A DNA stretch of 63,599 nucleotides, the filler included, from Octopus bimaculoides (lineage: Eukaryota), in NCBI RefSeq assembly GCF_001194135.2. It is 6 parts of 6 records of this genome, joined end to end, with 100 filler letters (N's around TTAATTAATTAA, not from the genome) between each part and the next. Parts side by side here need not be neighbours in the genome. Positions count along the whole stretch, not along the records: positions 36,284 to 43,424 come from NC_068981.1; positions 43,525 to 51,245 come from NC_068989.1; positions 51,346 to 59,807 come from NC_068983.1; 3 more parts are not named here. One strand, given 5' to 3'. The position numbers and the translations under genes are program-made. Each line of letters opens with the position of its first letter. Positions within the stretch are counted from its first letter, which is position 1. The notes under the pieces are model-generated. The model saw only the letters and a program-made list of their open reading frames with translations. It did not search any database and was not told the origin of the DNA. This document shows, in pieces, positions 40,323 to 52,550 of the stretch.

Positions 40323-40510
40323 AAAAATACCTTAGGAATGAGAACCCAGGTTCGAAATTTCCCCAAGACACCTGATGAAGGCTGGAGGGTATATCAGCCA
40401 AAACGTTGTGTTAATAACAAACAAAATGAGGACAAATATCCGTCAAATGTAAATAATGTAAACAAAGTAAATAATGTATATAATTCCTCATCTCTTAAAT
40501 ATAGAACTGT
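40323..40510 (+). mobile_element. Hammerhead-bearing short repeat, copy C
   Basis: GACAC-CTGATGA-A-GGCTG-gagggtatat-CAGCC-AAAAC-GTT-GTGTT at 40367-40412 (G12 changed to A); 3' aaataatgta tandem repeats. Confidence 0.85.
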
Positions 40511-40717
40511 ATTAGACCATTAGTAGTTTTTTTGTAGTTCTTTTTTTAATGTCACTAGTCACATTTTAATTTTCTAAGGCCTGTGTGGGAGTTAAATTTG
40601 GGATTGTATTGCGATATGCGTTGGTTGCCATAACTTCTGTTTTTGTGTGGAACTTTATAAAATCTCTAACTATTTTCTTCTAGTGTTCTTTTGTTTACTT
40701 CAATTTATTTTTTTATT

Positions 40718-40917
40718 CTTTCATTTCTTTCAGTCATTTGACTGCGGCCATGCTGGAGCACCGCCTTTAGTCGAACAAATTGACCCCCAGGACTTATTCT
40801 TTGCAACTCTAGTACTTATTCTATCGGTTTCTTTTGCCAAACTGCTAAGTTACAGGAACATAAACAGACCAACAGCAGTTGTCAAGCGATGGTATGGAGA
40901 CAATCACAGACAAACAT
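40718..40917 (-). mobile_element. SINE family B 3' half
   Basis: tttcagtcatttgactgcggccatgctggagcaccgcc... tail consensus. Confidence 0.8.
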
Positions 40918-41219
40918 TTGAAATATTGTCCAGGTAAATCCAGGTGATGAAGACTAATCAATTTTATGTTGACAAACGTATTTGAAGAGTCTGAAACCTA
41001 GGTACTGGATTATCCAATTCTGGATTGTCAATTTATCTAATGTTTTTCCTAGAGGTAAGACAAAATTTTTTATGTTTGTTGCATTCACTCATCTTTGCCA
41101 GTATATATACACAGTGAAGCTTTACTATAGCGTCGTAAATGTATCGACTGCTATTTCCAGTAAATATTGGTGCCTTGTTATACCACAACTCAATATTTAT
41201 GTATATATATATATATATC

Positions 41220-41398
41220 TCGTGCCGGTGGCACATAAAAAGCACCAGCTACACTTTCGGAGTGGTTGGCGTTAGGAAGGGCATCCAGCTGTAGAAACAC
41301 TGCCAGATCAGATTGGAGTCTGGTTCGCCAGTCCCCAGTTTAAATCGTCCAACTCATGCTAGCATGGAAAGCGGACGTTAAATGATGATGATGATGAT
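41220..41398 (+). mobile_element. (GAT)n-tailed retroposon 3' end
   Basis: gtgccggtggcac...gttaggaagggcatccagctgtagaaac...gcggacgttaaatgatgat. Confidence 0.75.
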
Positions 41399-41437
41399 AT
41401 TGATATATATATATATATATACATATATATATACACA

Positions 41438-41700
41438 CGACAGGCTTCTTTCAGTTTCCATCTACCAGATCCACTCATAAGGCTTTGGTCAGCCTGAGGC
41501 TATAGTAGAAGACACCTGCCCGAGGTGCTACGCCGGGGAACTGAACCCGGAACCATCTTGACTCGTAATCTAATTTACCAAACCCAGGAGGATGAAAGGC
41601 AAAGTTCATCTTGGCAGGATTTGAACAGAGAGCATTAAGAGCTGGAATAAAGAGCACTAAGCAGTGTGTTCAATGCTCCAACTCTTCTGCCAGCTGCTAA
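41438..41700 (-). mobile_element. Adjacent SINE fragments: family B 5' half (41438-41568) and family A (about 41575-41700)
   Basis: Reverse-complement similarity to the respective families. Confidence 0.7.
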
Positions 41701-41992
41701 ACCACATTAAGCACTGTCACCACAAAGACTATAACTCATTGATAGTTTATTTATTGATATATTATATTGTAACTATTTGCTTTGTAATGTTTGATCAGAT
41801 GAAATTTTGTACTAAACGGTAGCAAGTAAGATGGAAGTTAATAGGAATTCAATAAGTCACCTCTTTGAGGTTGGTTATTGAATCTTGAAGATGTATTTTC
41901 TGTGATAGCAATTCTTTATTGGTCGGTCAATTAGTCAGTATCAGAACATCAGATTCAGTAAGATATATATACATACACATCTGTGTATATAT

Positions 41993-42041
<49 letters not shown>

Positions 42042-42653
42042 NNNNNNNNNNNNNNNNNNNNNNNNNNNNNNNNNNNNNNNNNNNNNNNNNNNNNNNNNNN
42101 NNNNNNNNNNNNNNNNNNNNNNNNNNNNNNNNNNNNNNNNNNNNNNNNNNNNNNNNNNNNNNNNNNNNNNNNNNNNNNNNNNNNNNNNNNNNNNNNNNNN
42201 NNNNNNNNNNNNNNNNNNNNNNNNNNNNNNNNNNNNNNNNNNNNNNNNNNNNNNNNNNNNNNNNNNNNNNNNNNNNNNNNNNNNNNNNNNNNNNNNNNNN
42301 NNNNNNNNNNNNNNNNNNNNNNNNNNNNNNNNNNNNNNNNNNNNNNNNNNNNNNNNNNNNNNNNNNNNNNNNNNNNNNNNNNNNNNNNNNNNNNNNNNNN
42401 NNNNNNNNNNNNNNNNNNNNNNNNNNNNNNNNNNNNNNNNNNNNNNNNNNNNNNNNNNNNNNNNNNNNNNNNNNNNNNNNNNNNNNNNNNNNNNNNTAAC
42501 CGGTTTTCATTGCGAAAGCAAATTATCAAGAAGAAGGAGAATGAAAATGTTTTTTACAAAGAAGTACAAAATGAAGAAAATAATATATAAAACAATAATA
42601 TATAAAAAAATAAATATACCCATACATTGTATTGTCTTTGAGCTTTTGAAGTT

Positions 42654-43424
42654 CAATAGTAGTTCATGTATATAGTGGTAGGAAAAATAAGGATGCATGA
42701 GAGTTGAGAGTTTTGTTAGGTTTAAAAAAAGGGTTAAAAGTTTGTGTTAAGCAGGAAATGTGGTGTCAAAACAGGAAGTGTGTGTAAGGGGAGACAAACG
42801 GTTTTAGTTGGAGTTATGAACTCTTTCTCAACAGGAAGTTTATGTCTGTTCCTAGAGAAATAAGGTCACTGAGGGGTGTGTGTGTTAAGAAATGGTTGGA
42901 ATTTCTCTATGAAAAGATTCTCCTTGTTGATTCTTTCTTGTGTGGAGATTCTGTCTTTACATTGATAGAAATGGAATATAATGAATTTAGGGTTTGTTTC
43001 TGGCGCAAGAGTCTATATGGCCACTGAGTGGAATTTGGTGGTATTGAGGGAGATTTATTTGTTCCAACTAACATAATAACACACCCAACCCCAAAATACT
43101 TCCATACATCTCCACCCACAACCCCAAAAACATCGAAGCATACACCACAATCAAACAAAACCTCTCCTTACTCACCACAGACCCGAAAATGAACAATATC
43201 ATCAATACACATAAAGTCCTTAAATGCAAGTCCTTATTTCTCTAGGAACAGACATAAACGTCTTGTTGAAAAAGAGTTCATAACTCCAACTAAAAACATT
43301 TGTCTCCCCTTACACACACTTCCTGTTTTGACACCACATTTAACCCTTTTTTTTAAACCTAACAAAACTCTCATCTCTCATGCATCCTTATTTTTCCTAC
43401 CACTATATACATGAACTACTATTG
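42654..43424. repeat. Foldback structure: ~200-bp inverted arms (42654-42865 and 43232-43424) around a 366-bp spacer
   Basis: Arms align at high identity with one ~20-nt indel; the right arm runs into a gap. Confidence 0.85.
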
Positions 43425-45186
43425 NNNNNNNNNNNNNNNNNNNNNNNNNNNNNNNNNNNNNNNNNNNNTTAATTAATTAANNNNNNNNNNNNNNNNNNNN
43501 NNNNNNNNNNNNNNNNNNNNNNNNAACTTAGTGGTTTGGCAAATGATAGCCGTAGAATAGATATCATATTAGGCTTGAAAAAAAAATACTGGTGTCGATT
43601 CATTCGACTAAACACTTTCAAGGCAGTGCCCCAGTATGGCTGCACTCTAACAAATGTAGCAAGAAAAAGAAAAAATTATACTACGCCACATCGAATCACA
43701 AATAATTGTTACACCATACAAAACCAAATTACCTTGGACTGGACACAAACCTAAAAGAACAGAACAGAACATAGTAAACCACAAACTGCTACACTATGCC
43801 ATAGTACAGAATATCATAGATATACCACATCACACTACAGACATACAACATCGTGGTATGCAAGGACACATCATACCCTCATCGTACCATTGATAACCAC
43901 ACTACGCTACATCGCACCAAACCGGCCAGCACCACATCACGCCAAGAACAGAACACCATATCACATGAAACAATTACAGAAAAGTCCACACAACTCCATC
44001 CTGCAGTCCCACACCTCTCACTACTACCTTTGTTGATGTCTCTACAATATTTCCACTTCGCTACTCTTATATATGATTACATATCTTTTCCTTTATTATA
44101 TTTCGGTATTTTCTTCTTCCTCTAACACTGTTTCTCGAACGCTCACACGCACGCACGCACGAATACTCATATCTCTGTCTGTCTCTGCGTATACATATAT
44201 GTGCACATACAAACATATATATGTGTACATAAATATATATGTATATATATACATATATATATATATATATANNNNNNNNNNNNNNNNNNNNNNNNNNNNN
44301 NNNNNNNNNNNNNNNNNNNNNNNNNNNNNNNNNNNNNNNNNNNNNNNNNNNNNNNNNNNNNNNNNNNNNNNNNNNNNNNNNNNNNNNNNNNNNNNNNNNN
44401 NNNNNNNNNNNNNNNNNNNNNNNNNNNNNNNNNNNNNNNNNNNNNNNNNNNNNNNNNNNNNNNNNNNNNNNNNNNNNNNNNNNNNNNNNNNNNNNNNNNN
44501 NNNNNNNNNNNNNNNNNNNNNNNNNNNNNNNNNNNNNNNNNNNNNNNNNNNNNNNNNNNNNNNNNNNNNNNNNNNNNNNNNNNNNNNNNNNNNNNNNNNN
44601 NNNNNNNNNNNNNNNNNNNNNNNNNNNNNNNNNNNNNNNNNNNNNNNNNNNNNNNNNNNNNNNNNNNNNNNNNNNNNNNNNNNNNNNNNNNNNNNNNNNN
44701 NNNNNNNNNNNNNNNNNNNNNNNNNNNNNNNNNNNNNNNNNNNNNNNNNNNNNNNNNNNNNNNNNNNNNNNNNNNNNNNNNNNNNNNNNNNNNNNNNNNN
44801 NNNNNNNNNNNNNNNNNNNNNNNNNNNNNNNNNNNNNNNNNNNNNNNNNNNNNNNNNNNNNNNNNNNNNNNNNNNNNNNNNNNNNNNNNNNNNNNNNNNN
44901 NNNNNNNNNNNNNNNNNNNNNNNNNNNNNCACACACACACACACACAAACACAAGCACACACGCACATACTTTGATAAACGTCTGGGCAAACAGTTTTGT
45001 AGACATACAAAAATAATCACACATGTACATAAACATAGAAACACATGTACACAGACATACATTCACAGACACTCTGGCATAGCAACGTATCAATATTTCT
45101 GTCTATTTATCTATCTATCTATTTATCTATCTATCTATTGATATTCATCTGAAGTCTGAAGTGTGTATGTGATGTAAATTAGTGTA

Positions 45187-45188
45187 TT

Positions 45189-45251
<63 letters not shown>
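45187..45251. repeat. (GATA)n microsatellite
   Basis: Perfect tandem units. Confidence 0.95.
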
Positions 45252-45892
45252 GTACGTGAGACACTGTCTCTTAACATTTAATACGGGAGAGAAATTTTAA
45301 AAACCTACACCCACAAGCAAGTAATTTTGAAGTGGGTCTTACTGTCTTGAAGTACATACACACACACACACACATACACACACAGATAAACATGTACACA
45401 CAGACACACACACATACATACACACATAATACACAAACGCACACAAAAATACTTACGCGTACGCACGCTTACGTACATGCAGACATCCATACACACAGTT
45501 AAAGGTAATCAACATCTAGAATCAAAAAGCCACATTGCAAAACTCGGAGTTGCAGTCGAGTCTGATAACATAACTGTCTTAACTGCAGCATAATTGGTTC
45601 TATTTCATCTATTGAGTACTTTTTATGCTTGTGTATATAAGGAGGTAATCACACACATATATACATACATGCATACTTATATAGATACCTACATATACTT
45701 GCATGATTGTGTCTACATTTATACACACATACATATGTATGTGCATACATATATACATACTTATATATGTATGTATATACATGTATATATATATATCCAC
45801 ACGCACACACACACATGTTCATATATACATATAAACATACATGTGCATATATATACATATATATATATATACATATATACATATACATATAT

Positions 45893-45936
<44 letters not shown>

Positions 45937-45956
45937 GTATATACATATATATACAT

Positions 45957-46073
<117 letters not shown>

Positions 46074-46961
46074 ATGCTGATTTATTGATATCCATCTGAG
46101 GTCTGAAGTGCGTATACGGTGTAAACAGTTTTGTATTTAGATGTATGAGTTTATATGTTGAAAACATAGTCTGACACACAGTATGTGTGTGTGTATTCAT
46201 ATGTAATTCTATATGTGTACATTTACACACACACACTCACACATACACCCACATCTATGTATACACACACACACATATATATTTATATACATATACACAC
46301 ATACTAACATATATATTCACGTATGTATTCATACATTCACATATCCATCAATTTAGTATGTATATGCCTATGTATCGTTGACCGTATATATTTGCTGTGT
46401 GTGCGTGTGCAAGTATTTGTGACTATACAAGCGAATATGTGTACGTGTATATTGTATTTGTACGTATGTGTGTGTGTATATGTGTGTGTGTGCGTGTGTG
46501 TGTTTTTGTGTATTTTCTTGTCCACTACAAGTAGACTTTGAGTTTTGCGTCAGTGATTTTCATCTTGTTTCTCTGCCGCTTCAGCAATTCAGATTGCTGT
46601 CTTTCTAAACAGTTCATTATTGCTAGAAGATGTCTCCACTCCAAACGCGCCAAAACAAGAGTACGACCGAGGAAATGGTTGCAACAACGATGGAATAAAC
46701 AGCTTTGTCAGACGCTGTACTGAATTCTTAGAAGCACAGACACTATCTATAGCATCGATTTCTTTAATTTATAACAATTATCTTTTGCTGCCATTATTTG
46801 CATCTGACATTTCAGAAACTCTATTGGGAATATTCTTCAATTAAGATCGAACTTATTTCACTTTAGTTCTTGTGATTTTACTGACTTTTTGTATTGTGTT
46901 GTTTTTATTGTTTACTTTATTTCGTGTGTGGTATCTGTACTTCATTGAAAATCTCTTAGAA

Positions 46962-47150
46962 TACATACATGCATACATACATACATACATACATACATGC
47001 ATGCATACATACATATATACATACATACATACATACATACATACTTACATACATACATACATACATATATGCATGCATACATACATACATACATACTTAC
47101 ATACATACATACATACATACATACTTACATACATACATACATATCATACA
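46962..47150. repeat. (TACA)n microsatellite
   Basis: Long interrupted tract. Confidence 0.95.
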
Positions 47151-48084
47151 TATATGCACATAGTATATACGTGCAAATGCACATTCACACACATACACAC
47201 ACACATATATGTATGCACATATGTTAACTTAGATATTTTCGCCCAAGAATTGGCCCAGACAATAAACATTGAAAGGAGCAACGTAGAAAGAAGAAACATT
47301 CACAAGTATGGTAGTAGTTTCATGCCTCAACGGAGAAAGTGTGTTTTAACGTTTTGACCGTTGGTTCTTCATCAGAAGGAATTAAAGAAAAGAGGAAACA
47401 TGGGAGAGTGGAAAAGAGAAACTGAGTGTATAAAAGGGTCAAAGAAGATAGAAATGAAATCACAGTGGAAAGGCGAATGGTTAGAAAGCAGATATGGAAT
47501 GTTGTTCTATGACAGGGAGTTGAGAAGGGAGGAAGTGGTACGTGTATAAAAGAATGCATCAGAAAGTATGTGTATCAGGTAGCAGGCATATGAGTAAGTT
47601 GTATGTATGTGTGAGTATTAGTTTGTGCATATATATCGATAGATGTGAGCAGTGTTGATGTATGCTGGCGTTTGTTAATGGAGTGGGGGAATACGGTGAA
47701 ATGTATGTGCGTGTGTGTAATTTTAAGCGGTATAATGTGAAAGCGTCTATTTAAGTATATCAGAGAACGTACGTGCGTGTATGAGAAAATCGGTATTGAT
47801 GAACCACGTGGAAAGTCTTGAAAAATTGGAAAGTGCTATGGAGATCGATGTCCTCATATAATATAAACAAATATATTTACGTACAAACACACACAAATTT
47901 ATGAGCTTGTTTTGTTTTTTTATGTGAGTGTCAATTAGGCTTGTTATTTTAACGAAAATCTAAGAATAAACAAAACATTTTCCGAAGCAAGTTCAGTAGT
48001 AACCGCAGAATCAACTTTATTATAAAATTCGTTTAAACTGGGACTTTTCTCTGACAGTTAATTCAACCTGCTTGATTAAGAGAT

Positions 48085-48542
48085 TCTCTGTTATTGCTAC
48101 CTAAACGTGGGTATTCTATAAGAACAGACAGTACTGCTATTTTAACCCCAGGAGGACGCTTCTTCCAGTTGGTTAATCAGTGCGCTTCGCACTCGATATA
48201 TATTGCAAGCGAGGAAGAACTCCCTACTATCCTAGCTCAGAGACTAACATACCACGTGATTTTGATCTTATTTGTTCATCCTCAGTGCAGGATATTCGTC
48301 TGTTAGACATAGTGGTAGTCTAAAAAAAACTCGTAATATATAGGGAATAGTGTCACGCAGTCATTGGTTTTGCAATTAGCAAACTAGTTCACTAAGAAAA
48401 TCTCTATTAAAGAAGAAAGCAGTTTTTATACTGAAAAGTAATGTTTATCACCACCTTAACGTGGGTGTTCTATAAGAACAGATGATACTGCTATTTTAAT
48501 CCCAGGTAGACGTCACCTCCAGCTAGTTCAGTGCACTTCGCA

Positions 48543-48577
<35 letters not shown>

Positions 48578-48730
48578 ACGTGGGGACAGAACTCCCTATT
48601 ATCCTAGTTAGAAAACCACCATATCACATGATTTCGATCATATTTGTTCATTCTCATTGAAGGATACTCGTCTGCTAGACATAGCAGTGGTTTAATCCAG
48701 CACACAATATATAGAAAAAACAGTGTCTAT
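48085..48730. repeat. Diverged tandem duplication, ~270-bp unit x2
   Basis: aacgtgggt.ttctataagaacaga...ctgctattttaa.cccagg...gaactccta.tatcctag...tagacatag occurs at about 48094-48360 and about 48448-48730. Confidence 0.85.
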
Positions 48731-49065
48731 AGAGAAAAATGAAAAGTTTCATTGTTAGAAAGGAGTGTCTAAGCAGTAGAGTAGCATTGTTGTTACAATG
48801 TCTAGTAAATATAGTTTGTTTAGGAGTTGAAACTCCTTAAAGATAAGTGTTGGTTTGGCAGCCATAAAATAAAATCATGCAAACTTTTATACAATATGGC
48901 TTTTCATTCACCATGTTAACCTTCCTCAAATTTTCCTAACACCATATAAAATTTCAATACACACGGATATAGTCATATATATATACACAGACGTATAAAA
49001 ATACGATCACACGCAAACACACACACATAACCTACACACAATAAATTCAAACCCTACCCTTATAC

Positions 49066-49734
49066 TAAATTGTTTTGGCACAAGGCCAGCAATTTTTAGG
49101 GGAGGGTCATAATCGATTGTATCGACTCCACTGCTCAACTGGTACTTATTTTACTGGACTGGAATGAAAAGCAAAGTCACCCTCGGTGGAATTTGAACTC
49201 AAGACTCAAAGACTAGGAAGAAATGCCGCTAAGCATTTTGTCCGACGCGCTGATGGTTCTGCTAGCTCAAAATGCAACCTAATATAAATCACTCAGTTAA
49301 GATGGCCAGCTGGCCGAATCGTTAGCACGCGACAGAAAATGTATAGCGGCATTTCATCCGACTTAGGGTCTGAGTTCAATTTGTGTCGAGGTTGGCTTTG
49401 ACTTTTATCCTTTTGTGGCCGATAAAATAAGTACAAGCAGAGCACAGGGGGTCAATATGATCGACTTACACCCTCCACACAAAACTGTTGGCTATGTCCC
49501 AAAATGTGAAACCATTATTATTAAGGTGGCGAGCTGGCAGAATCATTAACACGCCGGGCAAGATGCTTAGCAGCATTTCATCCGTCTTTATGTTCTGAGT
49601 TCAAATTGCGCCGAAGTTGACTTTACCTTTCATCATTTCGGGGTTGATAAAATAAGTACCAATTATCACTGGGGTCGATGTAATCGAGTTAGCACCTTCC
49701 CCGAACTTCTGGTCTTGTGCTAAAATTTGAAACC
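49066..49734. mobile_element. Cluster of three SINE family A copies (49066-49268 minus; 49301-49522 and 49523-49734 plus)
   Basis: Each has the head, B-box-like segment and gtcgactttgcctttcatcc body. Confidence 0.85.
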
Positions 49735-50242
49735 TATATAAATCATCAGGTTCCTCTTTTTATCATATCAATGAACTCTATAGGAAAAGAAGTCACGCAC
49801 GCCCACATAGATATGAGAGCGTACACTCACACACACATACAAATAACAATCTTATTTATAGACAGCATAGCGAAAACAACAGGAAGGCTTACGTTAAATA
49901 CCCAATAATACAAATCAGCAATTTCATTATTTTAACTTCATGATTCCATTAGAAAGCATAGTTCTGGAATCCTTTTCACAACTTGACCGTTGTTTGACCT
50001 TTCTTCCTATTTAATTTCACGTTTTCCTTTCGTCGCCTACTTACATTCTTTCATTACTATTTAACCCTGTTTATCAGATTTTTACAGCCAAAAATATTAA
50101 ATATATTTATCAACGTTTGACAATTGTATTTTACAACCGTTTTCTAAAACTGCGCTTCCCATAGTCTTAGTATATGAATACCATAAACAAATTTTTCATC
50201 ACGGGTTGAGTAGGCCGTATGGGGAAGATTGAAATTTCAGTT

Positions 50243-50279
<37 letters not shown>

Positions 50280-50747
50280 ACGTTTGTACGCATTATATAT
50301 GAATGTGTATGTGTATATATATCATAAGGCCGCAATTTACTCACACGCAGCATCTTTCAGACTTTGTCACTTATTCAGTTCTTAACCAAATTGAAAATTG
50401 TTAATATTATTGAACAGGACTATAGTTACATTTTCGCATAAAAAAATTGAGATTTGGTCCAGCAGAAAAAAGATTACATCAAAATTTGTAGTAACGTTAT
50501 AGGAGAGTATGCAACGTCACCAATCAAGTTTAGAACTAAATAACATTTTTATTTTAAAAGCCAAATATATTTATCTTAGTTTCAATGATTGAAGACAGCA
50601 TGAGGAATTTCATAGTTTTTGTCCCATGCAACAAAAAATTGTATTAAAAAAGCCGTGAAGTTAAATATCATGAAAACAAATACAAGGCAAAAAACTGGAA
50701 TTAAGTATAATTAACTCTTTTATTTTGAAAACGAACTATATTTTAAT

Positions 50748-51066
50748 TGGAGGCACAATAGCCCAGTGGTTAGGGCAGCGGGCTCGCGGTCATAAAATCG
50801 CGTTTTCGATTCCCAAATTGGGAACTGTGAGTGTTTATTGAGCGAAAATACCTAAAGCTCCACGAGGCCTCCGGTAGCGATCACTCTTTCTTCCTGTTTC
50901 TGTTTTGCCTGTATTTCAAAGGGCCAGCCTTGTCACGCTGAATATCCCCGAGAACTACGTTAAGGGTACACGTGTCTGTGGAATACTCAGCCACTTGCAC
51001 GTTAATTTCACGAGCAGGCTGTTCCGTTGATCGGATCAACTGGAACCCTCGACGGAGTGCCGACAA
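50748..51066 (+). mobile_element. SINE family C
   Basis: Homologous to 28239-28606. Confidence 0.85.
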
Positions 51067-51345
51067 CAATATTTTAGTTAAGCTTAAATGATAGAGCTTA
51101 ATTCGAGGAATTTCATAGCATCGATCTCATGCAATGAAGTTCTAAAAGAAAAAGTTATGAGTGTCTGTTTTTCAAATTTGAGGGTGATAAAATAGTTTTA
51201 TACTTTTTTGATGAATATAGTTCTATAAGGGGACTTTTAATATATNNNNNNNNNNNNNNNNNNNNNNNNNNNNNNNNNNNNNNNNNNNNTTAATTAATTA
51301 ANNNNNNNNNNNNNNNNNNNNNNNNNNNNNNNNNNNNNNNNNNNN

Positions 51346-51640
51346 AGAGACATGCAAGACATGGATGCGGAGGTCTTCAAGACAAAACTTGACGCTGTCC
51401 TCTCCACGATACCAGACGAACCAATGGCTCGTAATGAGACACAGTTTAGGGCAGCGATGTCAAATTCTCTTATACACCAGATGTGCCATCAAAACTCTTG
51501 ATTGGACCATATCAGGTGGGGGAGAAGAGCCATGCAAGGAACGTGAAGAGAGCAAAGCATAAAGACAGAAAATCACGGTGGTGCTCCAGCATGACCGCAG
51601 CCACTTGGCTGAAACCCATAAATAAATAAATAAATAAATA
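51346..51640 (+). mobile_element. CR1/L2-type LINE 3' end (ORF2 C-terminus, 3' UTR, (TAAA)n tail)
   Basis: Frame 51346-51501: RDMQDMDAEVFKTKLDAVLSTIPDEPMARNETQFRAAMSNSLIHQMCHQNS*, resembling the FK..LD.FL..IPDEP...AA.SNSL terminus of invertebrate CR1/L2-group ORF2; TAAA tail at 51619-51640. Confidence 0.75.
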
Positions 51641-52071
51641 CATATATATGTATGGTTGTATGCACATGTATATATCAATATATATATGTGTGTGTGTGTT
51701 TGTGTGTGTGTGTTTGTGTGTGTCTGTGTGTTTGTGTGCGTGTGTGTGTTTGTGTGTGTGTGTATGCACATATTACACTCACGCACACACATGTATTTAT
51801 ATCTAAGCTCACACATGTGTACACACATTGTTCGAATGTGTTGAGTATTTCAGATATTCAATATTTTAATAATTGCAGCTGAATTTTGTTTAGATGAAAA
51901 TTACATGTGAAGTTTAGATTTATCGTTAGTTCCTCCAGCTCCCCTCTCCAAAAATCATTGCACAAAATATTTTTCTTCATACCTTGACAGCTAGTGTTAT
52001 TTGTCTGCAGAAATGGTGTTCATAATCTATAACCTCGAGAACTCGTCTAAAAGAACGGAGAAAAACATTCT

Positions 52072-52550
<479 letters not shown>

